Part shown: one piece after another, positions 1 to 9,069 of the stretch
Position numbering within the stretch: position 1 is the stretch's first letter
How the letters are laid out: the number at the start of each line of letters is the position of its first letter
DNA from: a virus
Strand: one strand, 5' to 3'
Length of the DNA stretch: 64,000 bases
IMG/VR virus record: IMGVR_UViG_3300029544_000195
Position numbers and translations under genes: made by a program
Notes under the pieces: generated by a model
What the model was told of the DNA's origin: nothing
The model's input: the letters and a program-made list of their open reading frames with translations, nothing else
Database searches by the model: none

Positions 1-363
1 ACATTGATACCAACGCCCGAACCGTCCTATGCTCCATTACAGCCATTAAAAAATGGAAGTTATTCAGAGACAACGGAGGTTTTGCCGGATGAGGATGGTG
101 ATTTTTCAAGTTATCGATTGTCTGCAGATGTTGTTTTTAAAGAAAATGCATTTGCGGGCTTTGAAAACGTGGAAATTTCAGACATCACAAACAAGTTTTA
201 TACAAATCGGGCATTAAATGGCACAAGAAAAAGTATGGGTTTATTAAATCAATTAATAGGTGCGCAAAAAGATGATGCACTTGTAGTAACAGGGGCGACC
301 TGTTCGTCCCATGCATTCCTTACTTTATATCGATTGGCATTAGCGGAGGCGAGAAAACAGTGA
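1..363 (+). CDS. FMN-binding domain protein (host-like; 5' end may lie upstream of window)
   Basis: ORF 4-363. C-terminal VVTGATCSSHAF resembles the FMN_bind SGATxSS motif. Local GC is higher than in the rest of the window. Confidence 0.45.
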   Translation, partial: TLIPTPEPSYAPLQPLKNGSYSETTEVLPDEDGDFSSYRLSADVVFKENAFAGFENVEISDITNKFYTNRALNGTRKSMGLLNQLIGAQKDDALVVTGATCSSHAFLTLYRLALAEARKQ

Positions 364-779
364 AAACAAAAGTGATAAAGTGGATAAATATGTTTCTCGT
401 TTTAGCTGTACTTTTTGGTTATCAGTGGATAGCACTGGGAAATCAAAAGAAAAGAGATGATTACAAACAGCAGAAAATGGAAAACGAAAAAAAGATGTTG
501 CCAAAGTGGAAAAATGGTGTTTATTACGGAGAAGCAGAAGGTTTTGGAGGGCCGGTTAAGCTTAAAGTTACAATTCAAAGTAATAAAATTAAGTCAATTA
601 CCGTAATTTCTGCAAAGCAGGAAACAAAAGAGTATTGGAATATGGCAGCCACCCTGCTTGATGATATTACAAAAAAGCAGAGCGCAGAGGTGGATGTGGT
701 ATCTGGAGCTACCTATTCTTCGAGGGGAATTATAAATGCAGCAAAACAGGCATTGGAGGAAGCAAATGAAAAAAATTAA
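360..779 (+). CDS. FMN-binding domain protein with N-terminal TM anchor
   Basis: VVSGATYSSRGIINAAKQAL motif. Hydrophobic N-terminus. GTG start overlaps the upstream stop (translational coupling). Confidence 0.5.
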   Translation: MKTKVIKWINMFLVLAVLFGYQWIALGNQKKRDDYKQQKMENEKKMLPKWKNGVYYGEAEGFGGPVKLKVTIQSNKIKSITVISAKQETKEYWNMAATLLDDITKKQSAEVDVVSGATYSSRGIINAAKQALEEANEKN

Positions 780-1548
780 GAAATTACAGTGGATAAGGAT
801 TGTCATTCAAGGAATATGTTTTATTTATTTTCCGGCATTGTTTTCGCAGGCATTTTTAGGAATTAAAAATATTTTTGTTTCCATTGGAAAGGGTACTCCG
901 CTTGTATTAAACGACTTTTCTGTGATACTTTTATTATTATGTTTGTTTACTATGTTTTTTGGGCGTTTTTTTTGCGGTTTTATGTGTGCATTTGGAGCAA
1001 TTGGAGACTGGATTTATTGTGTGTCATCCTGGCTGCAAAGAAAAACAAAGAAAAAAATCCCTGAAATTCCAGAGCGTTTTGCCCTGATTTTACAAAAGAT
1101 AAAATATGTATTGCTGTTTGGGATTATATGCCTGTGTTTTTTGCAAAAAGAAAATTTGTTGAATGAAAATAGTCCATGGACAATATTTTCATTGCTGCGT
1201 GCTGGGAATTTTTCGGCTGTTTCTAATTTGTGTGCCATTCTTTTGCTTGTTATTATTGTGGCAGGGATGGCAGTAAAAGAACGTTTCTTTTGTCAGTTTT
1301 TATGCCCAATGGGTGCTGTCTTTTCACTATTGCCACAGTTTCCGTTTTTCCGCCTAAGGAGGGGGAGAAGCTGTCTAAATGGCTGTCAGGCATGCAGAAA
1401 AAACTGCCCGGTATCAATAAAATTGCAGGAAAATCCATTGCGGGACGGAGAGTGTATCAGCTGCCTGAAATGTACTATGATTTGTCCGAAACAGAATATT
1501 CATTATTTGCCCAAAATTAGAAAGAACAAAAAAGATGAAAAAAAATAA
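766..1548 (+). CDS. membrane polyferredoxin (NapH/MauN-like 4Fe-4S binding protein)
   Basis: Repeated FFCxFxCPxGA motifs and two CxxCxxCxxxCP ferredoxin motifs. Several TM segments. Start taken at the ATG after GGAGGA (track ORF 736 plus 30 nt). Confidence 0.55.
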   Translation: MKKIKKLQWIRIVIQGICFIYFPALFSQAFLGIKNIFVSIGKGTPLVLNDFSVILLLLCLFTMFFGRFFCGFMCAFGAIGDWIYCVSSWLQRKTKKKIPEIPERFALILQKIKYVLLFGIICLCFLQKENLLNENSPWTIFSLLRAGNFSAVSNLCAILLLVIIVAGMAVKERFFCQFLCPMGAVFSLLPQFPFFRLRRGRSCLNGCQACRKNCPVSIKLQENPLRDGECISCLKCTMICPKQNIHYLPKIRKNKKDEKK

Positions 1549-1599
1549 AAAAAGTACTTGCAATTTGTTGTCGTCTGTAGTATGATAGCAATTGTTGAT

Positions 1600-1671
1600 G
1601 GTCCGTTGGTCAAGCGGCTAAGACGCTGCCCTCTCACGGCAGAAACAGGGGTTCGATTCCCCTACGGACTA
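1600..1671 (+). tRNA. tRNA-Glu (anticodon CUC)
   Basis: Manual cloverleaf. Acceptor GGTCCGT/ACGGACT (G-U at 1-72). Anticodon stem CTGCC/GGCAG with loop CTCTCAC. T-arm AGGGG-TTCGATT-CCCCT. Confidence 0.7.
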
Positions 1672-1879
1672 CTTATACTTTTTGTTTCACAAGATTACTG
1701 GAAGTACTAGAAATGCGTTGATTGCAGGACGTTATAAAATTTACCAAAATAGTGTAGAAAAACGTGAGGTAATCAAAAAAGTAATCAAACATATGTTCGA
1801 TAATAAAAACAGAAAGGAGAAGTTTCTGTATAAATACATTTTATTAGACCAATAGGTCTTATTTTTTTGCATTTAGGGG

Positions 1880-1908
1880 TTGACTTATGTGCGTACATAA
1901 CTTATAAT
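1880..1908 (+). promoter_or_regulatory. sigma-A-type promoter (TTGACT-17nt-TATAAT) with partial palindrome in spacer
   Basis: Near-perfect -35 (1880-1885) and -10 (1903-1908) at 17-nt spacing. Spacer tatgtgcgtacata is a partial palindrome, a possible operator. Confidence 0.55.
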
Positions 1909-1946
1909 GATTTATGCAAGGACATAAATAGAAAGGAGATGATAAT

Positions 1947-2126
1947 TTGTCACCAAGAACTGGTAGACCACCATTACAAGACGTTTCCCGAACAGAAAAA
2001 CTCAACATCAGATTAACAAAGCAAGAGAAACAAGATATTGAGTATTGTTCAGAAAAATTAAATCTATCAAGGACTGATACGATAATAAAGGGAATTGGAC
2101 TTGTAAAAAAGGAAATTGAAAAATAA
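1947..2126 (+). CDS. ribbon-helix-helix (CopG/MobC-like) small DNA-binding protein, TTG start
   Basis: AAGGAG RBS 8 nt upstream of TTG. The 59-aa product has KLNIRLTKQEKQDIEYCSEKLNLSRTDTIIKGI, matching the RHH/MobC pattern. Absent from the ATG-only ORF track. Confidence 0.45.
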   Translation: MSPRTGRPPLQDVSRTEKLNIRLTKQEKQDIEYCSEKLNLSRTDTIIKGIGLVKKEIEK

Positions 2127-2263
2127 AAGAGTAATCGTTTACCAACCAAAGCAACACGATTACTCAATCAAGCAATTCCATAAGGAATTGATAAATCTAT
2201 TTTATTATTTTCTTGTGGAAAATAAACCAAGTTTTCATTTAGAATGGAAAGGAGAATGATGTA

Positions 2264-2740
2264 ATGGAATTTGCAAAATATTATAATGCAAGTAATCTCG
2301 TAGAAGAGATGCAGAAAGCAGAAGAAATTGACTGCTACCCAACAGACAATGATAAATTTGAAGGTGTATATGTTTGTATGGATACAAACGACTTTTGGAT
2401 TAGCAGAATTAATAAGGGATATAATGAAGAATATGATAGAGAAGACGGTAAATATCTTATAGAACGTAATAAAATTAGTATCTATGATGTCATGGATAAA
2501 CTTCATGAACTATATTCTAAGAAATTACCTGACTTTAAGGAAAATGATTTACAATTTGAAATGAAAAATAAATGCCATAATTATTTAAAGAGATTTAAAG
2601 CAAAAGATATATGTAAGGCAGTTATCCTTTTAGACGATTATGACGGATTATCAAATTGGGATTGTTACGAAACGGATTCATTAGAAGAGGCTATTGAAAT
2701 TATTGATGGTGGATATGGAATTTTGCCGTTAGTAGCCTAA
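2264..2740 (+). CDS. hypothetical protein (158 aa)
   Basis: ORF with RBS. No recognisable motif. Confidence 0.45.
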   Translation: MEFAKYYNASNLVEEMQKAEEIDCYPTDNDKFEGVYVCMDTNDFWISRINKGYNEEYDREDGKYLIERNKISIYDVMDKLHELYSKKLPDFKENDLQFEMKNKCHNYLKRFKAKDICKAVILLDDYDGLSNWDCYETDSLEEAIEIIDGGYGILPLVA

Positions 2741-2770
2741 GAAATCTAAGTTTATTATGATTATGGAAAG

Positions 2771-2956
2771 GTGAAATGTATGAATAAAGTAATTATTAAA
2801 ACGATAAATGTTAGAAGTTATGTTGCAAGTGCAAAAGTTAAAGCTGCGGAAAATACAATCAATAAATTTATTGATGAGAATAATTTAGATGTAATAAGTG
2901 TATCGTTATTTAAAGAGAATGAAGATGAGTATATTTTTACATTAACACTACGATGA
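2771..2956 (+). CDS. hypothetical small protein
   Basis: ORF with GGAAAGGTGA RBS. Confidence 0.35.
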   Translation: MKCMNKVIIKTINVRSYVASAKVKAAENTINKFIDENNLDVISVSLFKENEDEYIFTLTLR

Positions 2957-2995
2957 AATTTAACTTTCCTTGGCAAATAGAAAGCGGGTAATATT

Positions 2996-3193
2996 ATGGA
3001 AATAAAAAACTATTTACCTAAAAGAATCCGAGATAGAGTTGTGAGAGTAGATGTTGATGCTGATTTTGATTATGGAAAAAATCGAAGCGTTCAACATTAT
3101 TTTATCACACTTGATGATGGAATGGAATTTGACGCTACTACAATAAAAGAGTTGAAAAAAATTGCAAAAAGAATAGAATCAAAATCGAAGTAA
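2996..3193 (+). CDS. hypothetical small protein
   Basis: ORF with weak RBS. Confidence 0.3.
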   Translation: MEIKNYLPKRIRDRVVRVDVDADFDYGKNRSVQHYFITLDDGMEFDATTIKELKKIAKRIESKSK

Positions 3194-3214
3194 AGATTGG
3201 AAGAGGTGATATAA

Positions 3215-3394
3215 ATGGAGCTACCAGTACGATTTATTTATACTGAAAACGGAGTTGAGAAAACTTCGGTTGATGAAAATAAGAGAATGAATTATATTGA
3301 TGGTTTGAATCGCAGGTGGTTAGATAGAAGAGGCGATGGCAGACAGAGAACCACAAAGATTAAAGATTATAGAAGTGGTAAAATTCCACTGTAA
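3215..3394 (+). CDS. hypothetical small protein (59 aa)
   Basis: GAGGTGA RBS then ATG. Hand-translated. Absent from track because it is under 60 aa. Confidence 0.3.
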   Translation: MELPVRFIYTENGVEKTSVDENKRMNYIDGLNRRWLDRRGDGRQRTTKIKDYRSGKIPL

Positions 3395-3429
3395 ATGACG
3401 ATTTCTTTTGAAAATTTGGAGGTATAATT

Positions 3430-3708
3430 ATGGAATATACTAAGTTATTAAAAGCAAAAGGATTTAGTTTAAATCCTTATCCAGAAGGAAAATTTTGGGA
3501 AATGATTGTAACTGACAATGAAGATAAGAAGCAACATATTTGTGATGTATTTGGAGCGGATATCGAACTATTTGATTCTAATATAACGGATATTGATACA
3601 CTTATTTTACAGTGCACAGAAGATTTTACAAAATGCATTTTCTATTATGATTGTAATCCATTTGATATGGAATCAAATACATTCATGAATTGTGTAAAAA
3701 ATATATAA
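3430..3708 (+). CDS. hypothetical protein (92 aa)
   Basis: GGAGGT RBS. Confidence 0.4.
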   Translation: MEYTKLLKAKGFSLNPYPEGKFWEMIVTDNEDKKQHICDVFGADIELFDSNITDIDTLILQCTEDFTKCIFYYDCNPFDMESNTFMNCVKNI

Positions 3709-3790
3709 CCCAAAGGATACACAAATGATTTTTTAATGCGTTCTCAACACGTTTTTCACTGATTCCAATATATCTTTGCGTTGTCTGATT

Positions 3791-3819
3791 TAAAAAAAGC
3801 CCCATTTGGGGCTTTTCTA
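3791..3819. terminator. bidirectional rho-independent terminator
   Basis: aaaaaaGCCCCAtttGGGGCttttct between convergent genes. Confidence 0.6.
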
Positions 3820-3826
3820 TTTAATA

Positions 3827-4582
3827 TCATTTCCAATAACAGTATATACATTGATGTTTGCATGGATGTTTGCAATTTAATAATTCTGTTTTGCAGGATA
3901 AGCACAAGCATCCGTTGCGGTTCTGCATATTTACTTTTGTATTTGAATCTAATCGTAAACCAAGAATCCGCAAATCAATCTCTGATATGCAACCGGAATG
4001 AACAAATAATCCATCAGAGCTATTTAGATATGATTCAGCACAAGTATGAAACTGAATATCATATTGGCTCAATGTATTACATACATCATCCATCATAGAC
4101 TTTGATGCATAAAAATTTGAACCATAAATCGGAGCAAATCCGATTTTACGAAATCTTTCTTTTACATGAGGATATTCGTCAAATATAGAAATGCGTACTC
4201 TCATACATGGCAATAATTGCATATCAAATGCCATATCCAATACTTCGCAAACCCGTTTTAATCCATTTGAAGTAGGGAAAATTGGGTCAATGCGAAGCAC
4301 ACATTGTTCCAACGGAAACCCTTTTTTAATAAGCTTCCGCAATTGTGATAATTGACTATGGTATGGCGGAACGTTTGGTTCAATAATGGATTGCCCCCAT
4401 CCAGTGCAAGTAGCATGGATAATGAGTTTGTATCCATTTTGATAAGCCTGCATTACTCTATGAATAAATTCATCTGTAATGTTTTTTGTAATAAGAATTA
4501 CTCCCGATACAGTGCTTAATTTATCATACCACGAAAAGTCCAAGGCCGCATCACCACGTTCTGTAATTCCAATTTTTATCAT
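3827..4582 (-). CDS. DUF1848-like protein with extreme C-terminal CX3CX3CX2C (radical-SAM-like) cysteine cluster
   Basis: 251-aa ORF with AGGAGG RBS. Last residues are CKHPCKHQCIYCYWK. From memory, Pfam DUF1848 is described with a C-terminal radical-SAM-like Cys cluster. Confidence 0.4.
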   Translation of the reverse strand: MIKIGITERGDAALDFSWYDKLSTVSGVILITKNITDEFIHRVMQAYQNGYKLIIHATCTGWGQSIIEPNVPPYHSQLSQLRKLIKKGFPLEQCVLRIDPIFPTSNGLKRVCEVLDMAFDMQLLPCMRVRISIFDEYPHVKERFRKIGFAPIYGSNFYASKSMMDDVCNTLSQYDIQFHTCAESYLNSSDGLFVHSGCISEIDLRILGLRLDSNTKVNMQNRNGCLCLSCKTELLNCKHPCKHQCIYCYWK

Positions 4583-4596
4583 ATTTTATCCTCCTC

Positions 4597-4911
4597 TTAA
4601 TTCACATAGTTAAACCATACAAGATAACAAGCATTATCTGAAATAAATTCCGCGCTAGTATCCGCGTCATATAAATCTTCTCCAGTAAGCAATGCATCTT
4701 CGGGCAGCGCATTGTAAGCAGCCATATCATCTAAATTACAAATTATCTTAACAATAGATAACTTCTGCAATTTATTAGTTGCGTGTTCAAATAGATATGC
4801 TCGACTTCCAACATTGCAACGATTTTCATTGATGAAGTAATCTAACTGGTCCTTGCTTTTTTCATTATAGCTGGATATCGTCCAGCTACGGCTTAATTCT
4901 TTTGGTGTCAC
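4597..4911 (-). CDS. hypothetical protein (GTG start)
   Basis: AAAGGAGGAT RBS upstream. Co-oriented with flanking minus-strand genes. Confidence 0.4.
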   Translation of the reverse strand: MTPKELSRSWTISSYNEKSKDQLDYFINENRCNVGSRAYLFEHATNKLQKLSIVKIICNLDDMAAYNALPEDALLTGEDLYDADTSAEFISDNACYLVWFNYVN

Positions 4912-4926
4912 AATTTTATCCTCCTT

Positions 4927-5196
4927 TTATACAATAAACTTTAACATAAATTCTTCAAATTCTTCCTGCGAAATAAGCTGAGTATTTACATACTGATAAA
5001 GATTATGTAAAACATAATCACATAATTTCGTATCAGCTTCTATCTTAGCTAAAAATGCCCAAGTTGTAAAAAATGAACGAAGCTGCTCTGGAATATATTC
5101 ATCTTCCCAGCTATTTTCCTCCGCAAACTGATACATAAAATCCACTAAAAATTCCATATTTTTTCTCCTTCCTGATATTAAATTAACTACTCCCAA
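4927..5196 (-). CDS. hypothetical protein (89 aa)
   Basis: AGGAAGGAG RBS. First gene behind the minus-strand bipartite promoter. Confidence 0.4.
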   Translation of the reverse strand: MGVVNLISGRRKNMEFLVDFMYQFAEENSWEDEYIPEQLRSFFTTWAFLAKIEADTKLCDYVLHNLYQYVNTQLISQEEFEEFMLKFIV

Positions 5197-5199
5197 TTG

Positions 5200-5262
5200 T
5201 TTATTAGATATATATAATATGTCTGTTTGCCTTTAATCTAAAGTAGAAATCATATTATGAGC
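5200..5262 (-). promoter_or_regulatory. bipartite phage promoter (minus strand): GCTCATAATATGATTTC ... AAACAGACATATTA
   Basis: Reverse complement matches the bipartite consensus found at 6 other sites. Core at 5215-5225. Confidence 0.5.
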
Positions 5263-5282
5263 ATTTTTTACAGAGTCCGGTG

Positions 5283-5296
5283 GACAGACATATTAA
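5283..5296 (+). promoter_or_regulatory. conserved phage promoter motif GACAGACATATTAA
   Basis: One of ~30 copies. Lies 31 nt upstream of the 5327 start. Confidence 0.5.
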
Positions 5297-5326
5297 TAAT
5301 AGTTTTATACAGAAAGGTGTGATTCT

Positions 5327-6772
5327 ATGAATATCGCAAAAAAAATTGGCAATAATGTCCTGAAAGGACTAAAAAACATCGGGCAAAAGGTGGAATGGTT
5401 TTTCCATAATGTATTTGCTCGAATTGCATTAGGAAAAGATGCATGGAACGAAGCAGCGCGCATCAATATGGAAACCGAAGCGAAAAAGGAATTAAAAGAA
5501 TTTGAACAACAACATCCAAAAGAAGAAGTTCCGGAAGAGCAACAGAAAGTACTTCAAGAAAAAACTTCTGAACAGGAACAAAAAGAGCCGGAATTATCGG
5601 AAAATGAAAGAATTTTACATCGGACGAAAGAAAACTTGGATATGATGGTTGAAAAATTAAATAATTTATATTGCAAACATAAACTGCCGACTCCGGGGAT
5701 TATTTTGGCTCACAACAGAGAAGATGTTTTAAATCTATCAAAAGAAGAAGTTGAAACAGAATTTCAAAAAGCATTCAAGCAAATTGAGAATTCTCCATTA
5801 AAAGAAAAAGAAAAAAATTTATTTTATCGTGGGTTAGGACAATCGCAGGTTTTGCTAAACAGAAAACAAAAATACATGGACAAAGTATTAAACGAAAGCC
5901 ACAAAAACGAGATAAAAGAATCTGAGCATGACCAGCCGGAAATGCAAAAAGAAACTGAATCAGTGATTGATTCGTCCAATAATTTTGAGTCTTTAAATAC
6001 TCAAATAGATGAATTAGAAAAAGATTTACAAGAAAATGAGGAATCTTTTCAGGTTGTTAATTTAAGACCTAAAAAGGAAAATGAGACATTAGAAGAAAAG
6101 AAAGCACGCTTAGGAATTGATGTAATATCCGTACAAGAAACAGAGAAACCTATTCTTACCGGAGAAGATGAGTTAAATGAGATGTTAAAACAGTACAAAC
6201 CTTCTTTGCAAGAAATGAAAACACAATTAATTTTAGCAGCTACACGTGCAGAATCAATGTTAAATGAAATGCCAACAATTGATGCTATTTGCAAAGAAAA
6301 TATTTCTCTATGCGAAAATATTGTGCAACAAAATGTAGCATTAGAGATTTCACGAAATGATGAAAAATATAATATTGGATATGCTGGCAAGGAGATATCT
6401 GTAACCAGAGAGGGTATTATGGCAGGAGATTATGACAATGAGATTGTTGAATTTGGAGCATTTATTTGGGATAAATTAAGTCCGGAAGTAGAGCAAGATG
6501 GCAGTGCACTAGCAGATGCCGGTGATTTACAGGCATTATGTAATTCCGCTGTCGCCTCTAAAGATACTAATAGTATCAGTGAAAAGTCAAATGATATTAA
6601 TGTTTTATCTGGAAATAACATGGACCTTGATGATATGCTTACTCCAGAAACAGAAGTTGAAGACGAAATTAAAAGAGAAAAATTAGATGATTTACTTGAT
6701 AACATTGACAATAGCGGACCGGATGTAGAAAACTCATCGAACGAAATTGATGTTTCTGATATAGCAATTTAA
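5327..6772 (+). CDS. highly acidic Glu/Lys-rich coiled-coil protein (481 aa)
   Basis: Long ORF with RBS. Very low complexity (E/K/D-rich). Driven by the divergent strong promoter. Confidence 0.5.
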   Translation: MNIAKKIGNNVLKGLKNIGQKVEWFFHNVFARIALGKDAWNEAARINMETEAKKELKEFEQQHPKEEVPEEQQKVLQEKTSEQEQKEPELSENERILHRTKENLDMMVEKLNNLYCKHKLPTPGIILAHNREDVLNLSKEEVETEFQKAFKQIENSPLKEKEKNLFYRGLGQSQVLLNRKQKYMDKVLNESHKNEIKESEHDQPEMQKETESVIDSSNNFESLNTQIDELEKDLQENEESFQVVNLRPKKENETLEEKKARLGIDVISVQETEKPILTGEDELNEMLKQYKPSLQEMKTQLILAATRAESMLNEMPTIDAICKENISLCENIVQQNVALEISRNDEKYNIGYAGKEISVTREGIMAGDYDNEIVEFGAFIWDKLSPEVEQDGSALADAGDLQALCNSAVASKDTNSISEKSNDINVLSGNNMDLDDMLTPETEVEDEIKREKLDDLLDNIDNSGPDVENSSNEIDVSDIAI

Positions 6773-6776
6773 AGAA

Positions 6777-6802
6777 AAAAGGCTCTTCAAGGGCCTTTTT
6801 TA
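6777..6802 (+). terminator. rho-independent terminator
   Basis: aaaAGGCtcttcaaGGGCCTttttttat. Confidence 0.5.
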
Positions 6803-6840
6803 TGTTATTAGAAAAAAATAATCCCTTAAAAATTCTTTAT

Positions 6841-6878
6841 AATATGGTTTTTATAATTTTGAAAAACAGACATATTAA
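6841..6878 (+). promoter_or_regulatory. bipartite phage promoter (ATAATATGGTTTTT ... GAAAAACAGACATATTAAA)
   Basis: Same architecture as the copy at 19486-19524. Confidence 0.5.
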
Positions 6879-6908
6879 AGATATAAAATACTTTTTAGGG
6901 GTGTTATT

Positions 6909-9032
6909 ATGGATGTAATGAAAGGAAAATATAATAAATTACTGTATATGGGGCGCGATGGTGTTGCCTATTTTTCTATGTTTGTATCGAAGACGCCACT
7001 ACCTTACGAAAGCACATATAGTACATATATTTGTTCTGGACGAGTCCCGGAATATAATCGTGGGTATCCGCTTACTTTACACGGGCATTGGACGAAATCA
7101 AACAAATGGAAATTTGAAGTTGAATCTTTTGAGGAAGATTTGAAAGAAGGATATGTTTTAGAAGAATATTTAATGCAAATTGATGGAGTCGGGGCTGTTT
7201 CTGCTAAAAAATTAGCGGGAGTTAAAGATATTTGGAATTATGATATTTATAATTCTGAACTTTTAGCAAAAAATACTGGATTATCGAACGACCTTTGCGA
7301 AACAGTAATTTCCACATTAAACAAGCAAAAAGGGCGATATGATTTATATTGTTATTTATGCCAATATGGAATTACTGATATTAAGGTGGATAATATAATT
7401 GAAACTTACGGAAATAAGGCACTACAATATATTAAGGATAATCCATATGATATTCTAAGAAAATACAATACTTCATTCGCTGTTATGGATGAAATTGGCT
7501 TTGCAGCCGGACTTAATTACTATAATTTAGATAGGCTTGACGCTATGCTGCATTATGCTATGGATTTATGTACAAAGGACGGTAGTACTTTTGTTCTTAT
7601 CAATGATTTGATTGAGAAAATGTTATGGATAGCAAAAAAAAGCATCTATGGTGTAGAAATTCCGGATGGCTTTTTAGCAATTGCTCTATCAAATGCAAAT
7701 TGGTTATATGTGGATAAAATAAATGACCGAGTTTACTTAAAAGAATATTGGTATCGAGAATATGATATAGCAAGAGGAATTGCCCGCTTAGAAAATACAA
7801 AAACCGTATTAAACATTTCAAAGAAAGATGTTAACTGGGTAGAAAAGAAATTGAATATTACTTATGCATCTTCTCAAAAAAATGCCTTTAATTTGTTGAA
7901 CAGCACAGGCGTTAAAGTGCTAACCGGCGGCCCCGGAACTGGCAAAACAACACTCATAAATGGAATTTTGACGCTTTACAAAGAAAAGTACCCAGATAAT
8001 AAAATTGCTTTATGTGCACCAACCGGAGTGGCGGGCGAGCATATGGCTGAATCTACGAACTCTCCAGCGTCTACCATACATCGGTTATTAGAATATCAGC
8101 CATTTAGTGATGAAGAAGCATCTTACAAAGATATGGATGACCCAATTGATGCGGATTTTATTATCATGGATGAAACTTCTATGACGGACACTAAGTTGAT
8201 GGGAATGTTTTTTAATGCTATTCAATCTGGAAGTTTAGTTTTATTGTGCGGAGATATTGACCAGTTAGACAGTGTTTGTCCGGGAGCCGTTTTGAGAGAT
8301 ATTATTAATTCTAAAAAAGTTGACGTATATCGCTTAGATACACTTTTCCGCCAAAAACAAGGTTCGACCACGATTATTAACAAGGATAAAATTAAAATAA
8401 AAGACTGTGAGTTAGTTATGGATAATCAATTTCAGATTTTACGATATAATTCTGGCAAAGAAATTGATTCTATCTTAACTACAGTTTTAAAAAAGGAAAA
8501 TAACCCACAAATTTTAACGACCCCAAACAAGGGAGCGGCCGGAGTGTATGCATTGAATCATTTAGTTCAGTCATCTTTTCAGTTTGAAGGAAGAGAAATA
8601 CACCGTAATGGATATGTTTTTCATAAAAACGATAAGATTATGATGATTGTTAATAATTATAAAGCCGGTTATTTTAATGGCGATATTGGAAAAATAATTT
8701 CAATTACTGATGCCGGAACTGTAACGATACAAATTGGAAAGAAAACAATCGTAATGGAGCATACATGGTTAGAAGATATGGTTTTAGCGTATGCCATTAC
8801 AATACATAAATCGCAGGGAAATGAATTTGACACTGCAATTATTGTTTTGCCGCAAAATCCAGAAATTCTTCTTAATAAGCATCTAATATACACGGCAATA
8901 ACGAGAGCCAAATCCAAAGTGATTATTTTATCACAAGGAAATGCACTGGAAAAAGCAATTATGAATGATGCTCGGTTTTCAAAGAAAACAGGACTAAAGG
9001 AAAAAATATGTATAACATGTGATAATGTTTAA
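6909..9032 (+). CDS. recD2: RecD2-like ATP-dependent DNA helicase (SF1B)
   Basis: N-terminal RecD2-type OB region. HhH (VSAKKLAGV). Walker A LTGGPGTGKTTL. Walker B FIIMDETSM. C-terminal YAITIHKSQGNEFDTAII helicase motif. Confidence 0.8.
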   Translation: MDVMKGKYNKLLYMGRDGVAYFSMFVSKTPLPYESTYSTYICSGRVPEYNRGYPLTLHGHWTKSNKWKFEVESFEEDLKEGYVLEEYLMQIDGVGAVSAKKLAGVKDIWNYDIYNSELLAKNTGLSNDLCETVISTLNKQKGRYDLYCYLCQYGITDIKVDNIIETYGNKALQYIKDNPYDILRKYNTSFAVMDEIGFAAGLNYYNLDRLDAMLHYAMDLCTKDGSTFVLINDLIEKMLWIAKKSIYGVEIPDGFLAIALSNANWLYVDKINDRVYLKEYWYREYDIARGIARLENTKTVLNISKKDVNWVEKKLNITYASSQKNAFNLLNSTGVKVLTGGPGTGKTTLINGILTLYKEKYPDNKIALCAPTGVAGEHMAESTNSPASTIHRLLEYQPFSDEEASYKDMDDPIDADFIIMDETSMTDTKLMGMFFNAIQSGSLVLLCGDIDQLDSVCPGAVLRDIINSKKVDVYRLDTLFRQKQGSTTIINKDKIKIKDCELVMDNQFQILRYNSGKEIDSILTTVLKKENNPQILTTPNKGAAGVYALNHLVQSSFQFEGREIHRNGYVFHKNDKIMMIVNNYKAGYFNGDIGKIISITDAGTVTIQIGKKTIVMEHTWLEDMVLAYAITIHKSQGNEFDTAIIVLPQNPEILLNKHLIYTAITRAKSKVIILSQGNALEKAIMNDARFSKKTGLKEKICITCDNV

Positions 9033-9035
9033 AAA

Positions 9036-9067
9036 ATAAGCCGCCCGATATTTCGAGCGGCTTTAAT
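9036..9067. terminator. bidirectional terminator
   Basis: GCCGCccgatatttcgaGCGGCtttaatt between convergent genes. Confidence 0.55.
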
Positions 9068-9069
9068 TA

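Noticed and set aside
1859-2167. Minus-strand ORF 1859..2167
   Set aside because: Overlaps the sigma-A promoter and the RHH gene on the opposite strand, which has RBS support. No RBS of its own.
1672-5200. Integrase expected next to the tRNA-Glu boundary
   Set aside because: None of the ORFs in this interval shows a tyrosine-recombinase R..HxxR..Y or serine-recombinase motif. No integrase call is made.
6049-6711. Minus-strand ORFs 6049..6390 and 6430..6711
   Set aside because: Antisense to the acidic 481-aa gene. Low-complexity Ser/Phe-rich translations typical of shadow frames.
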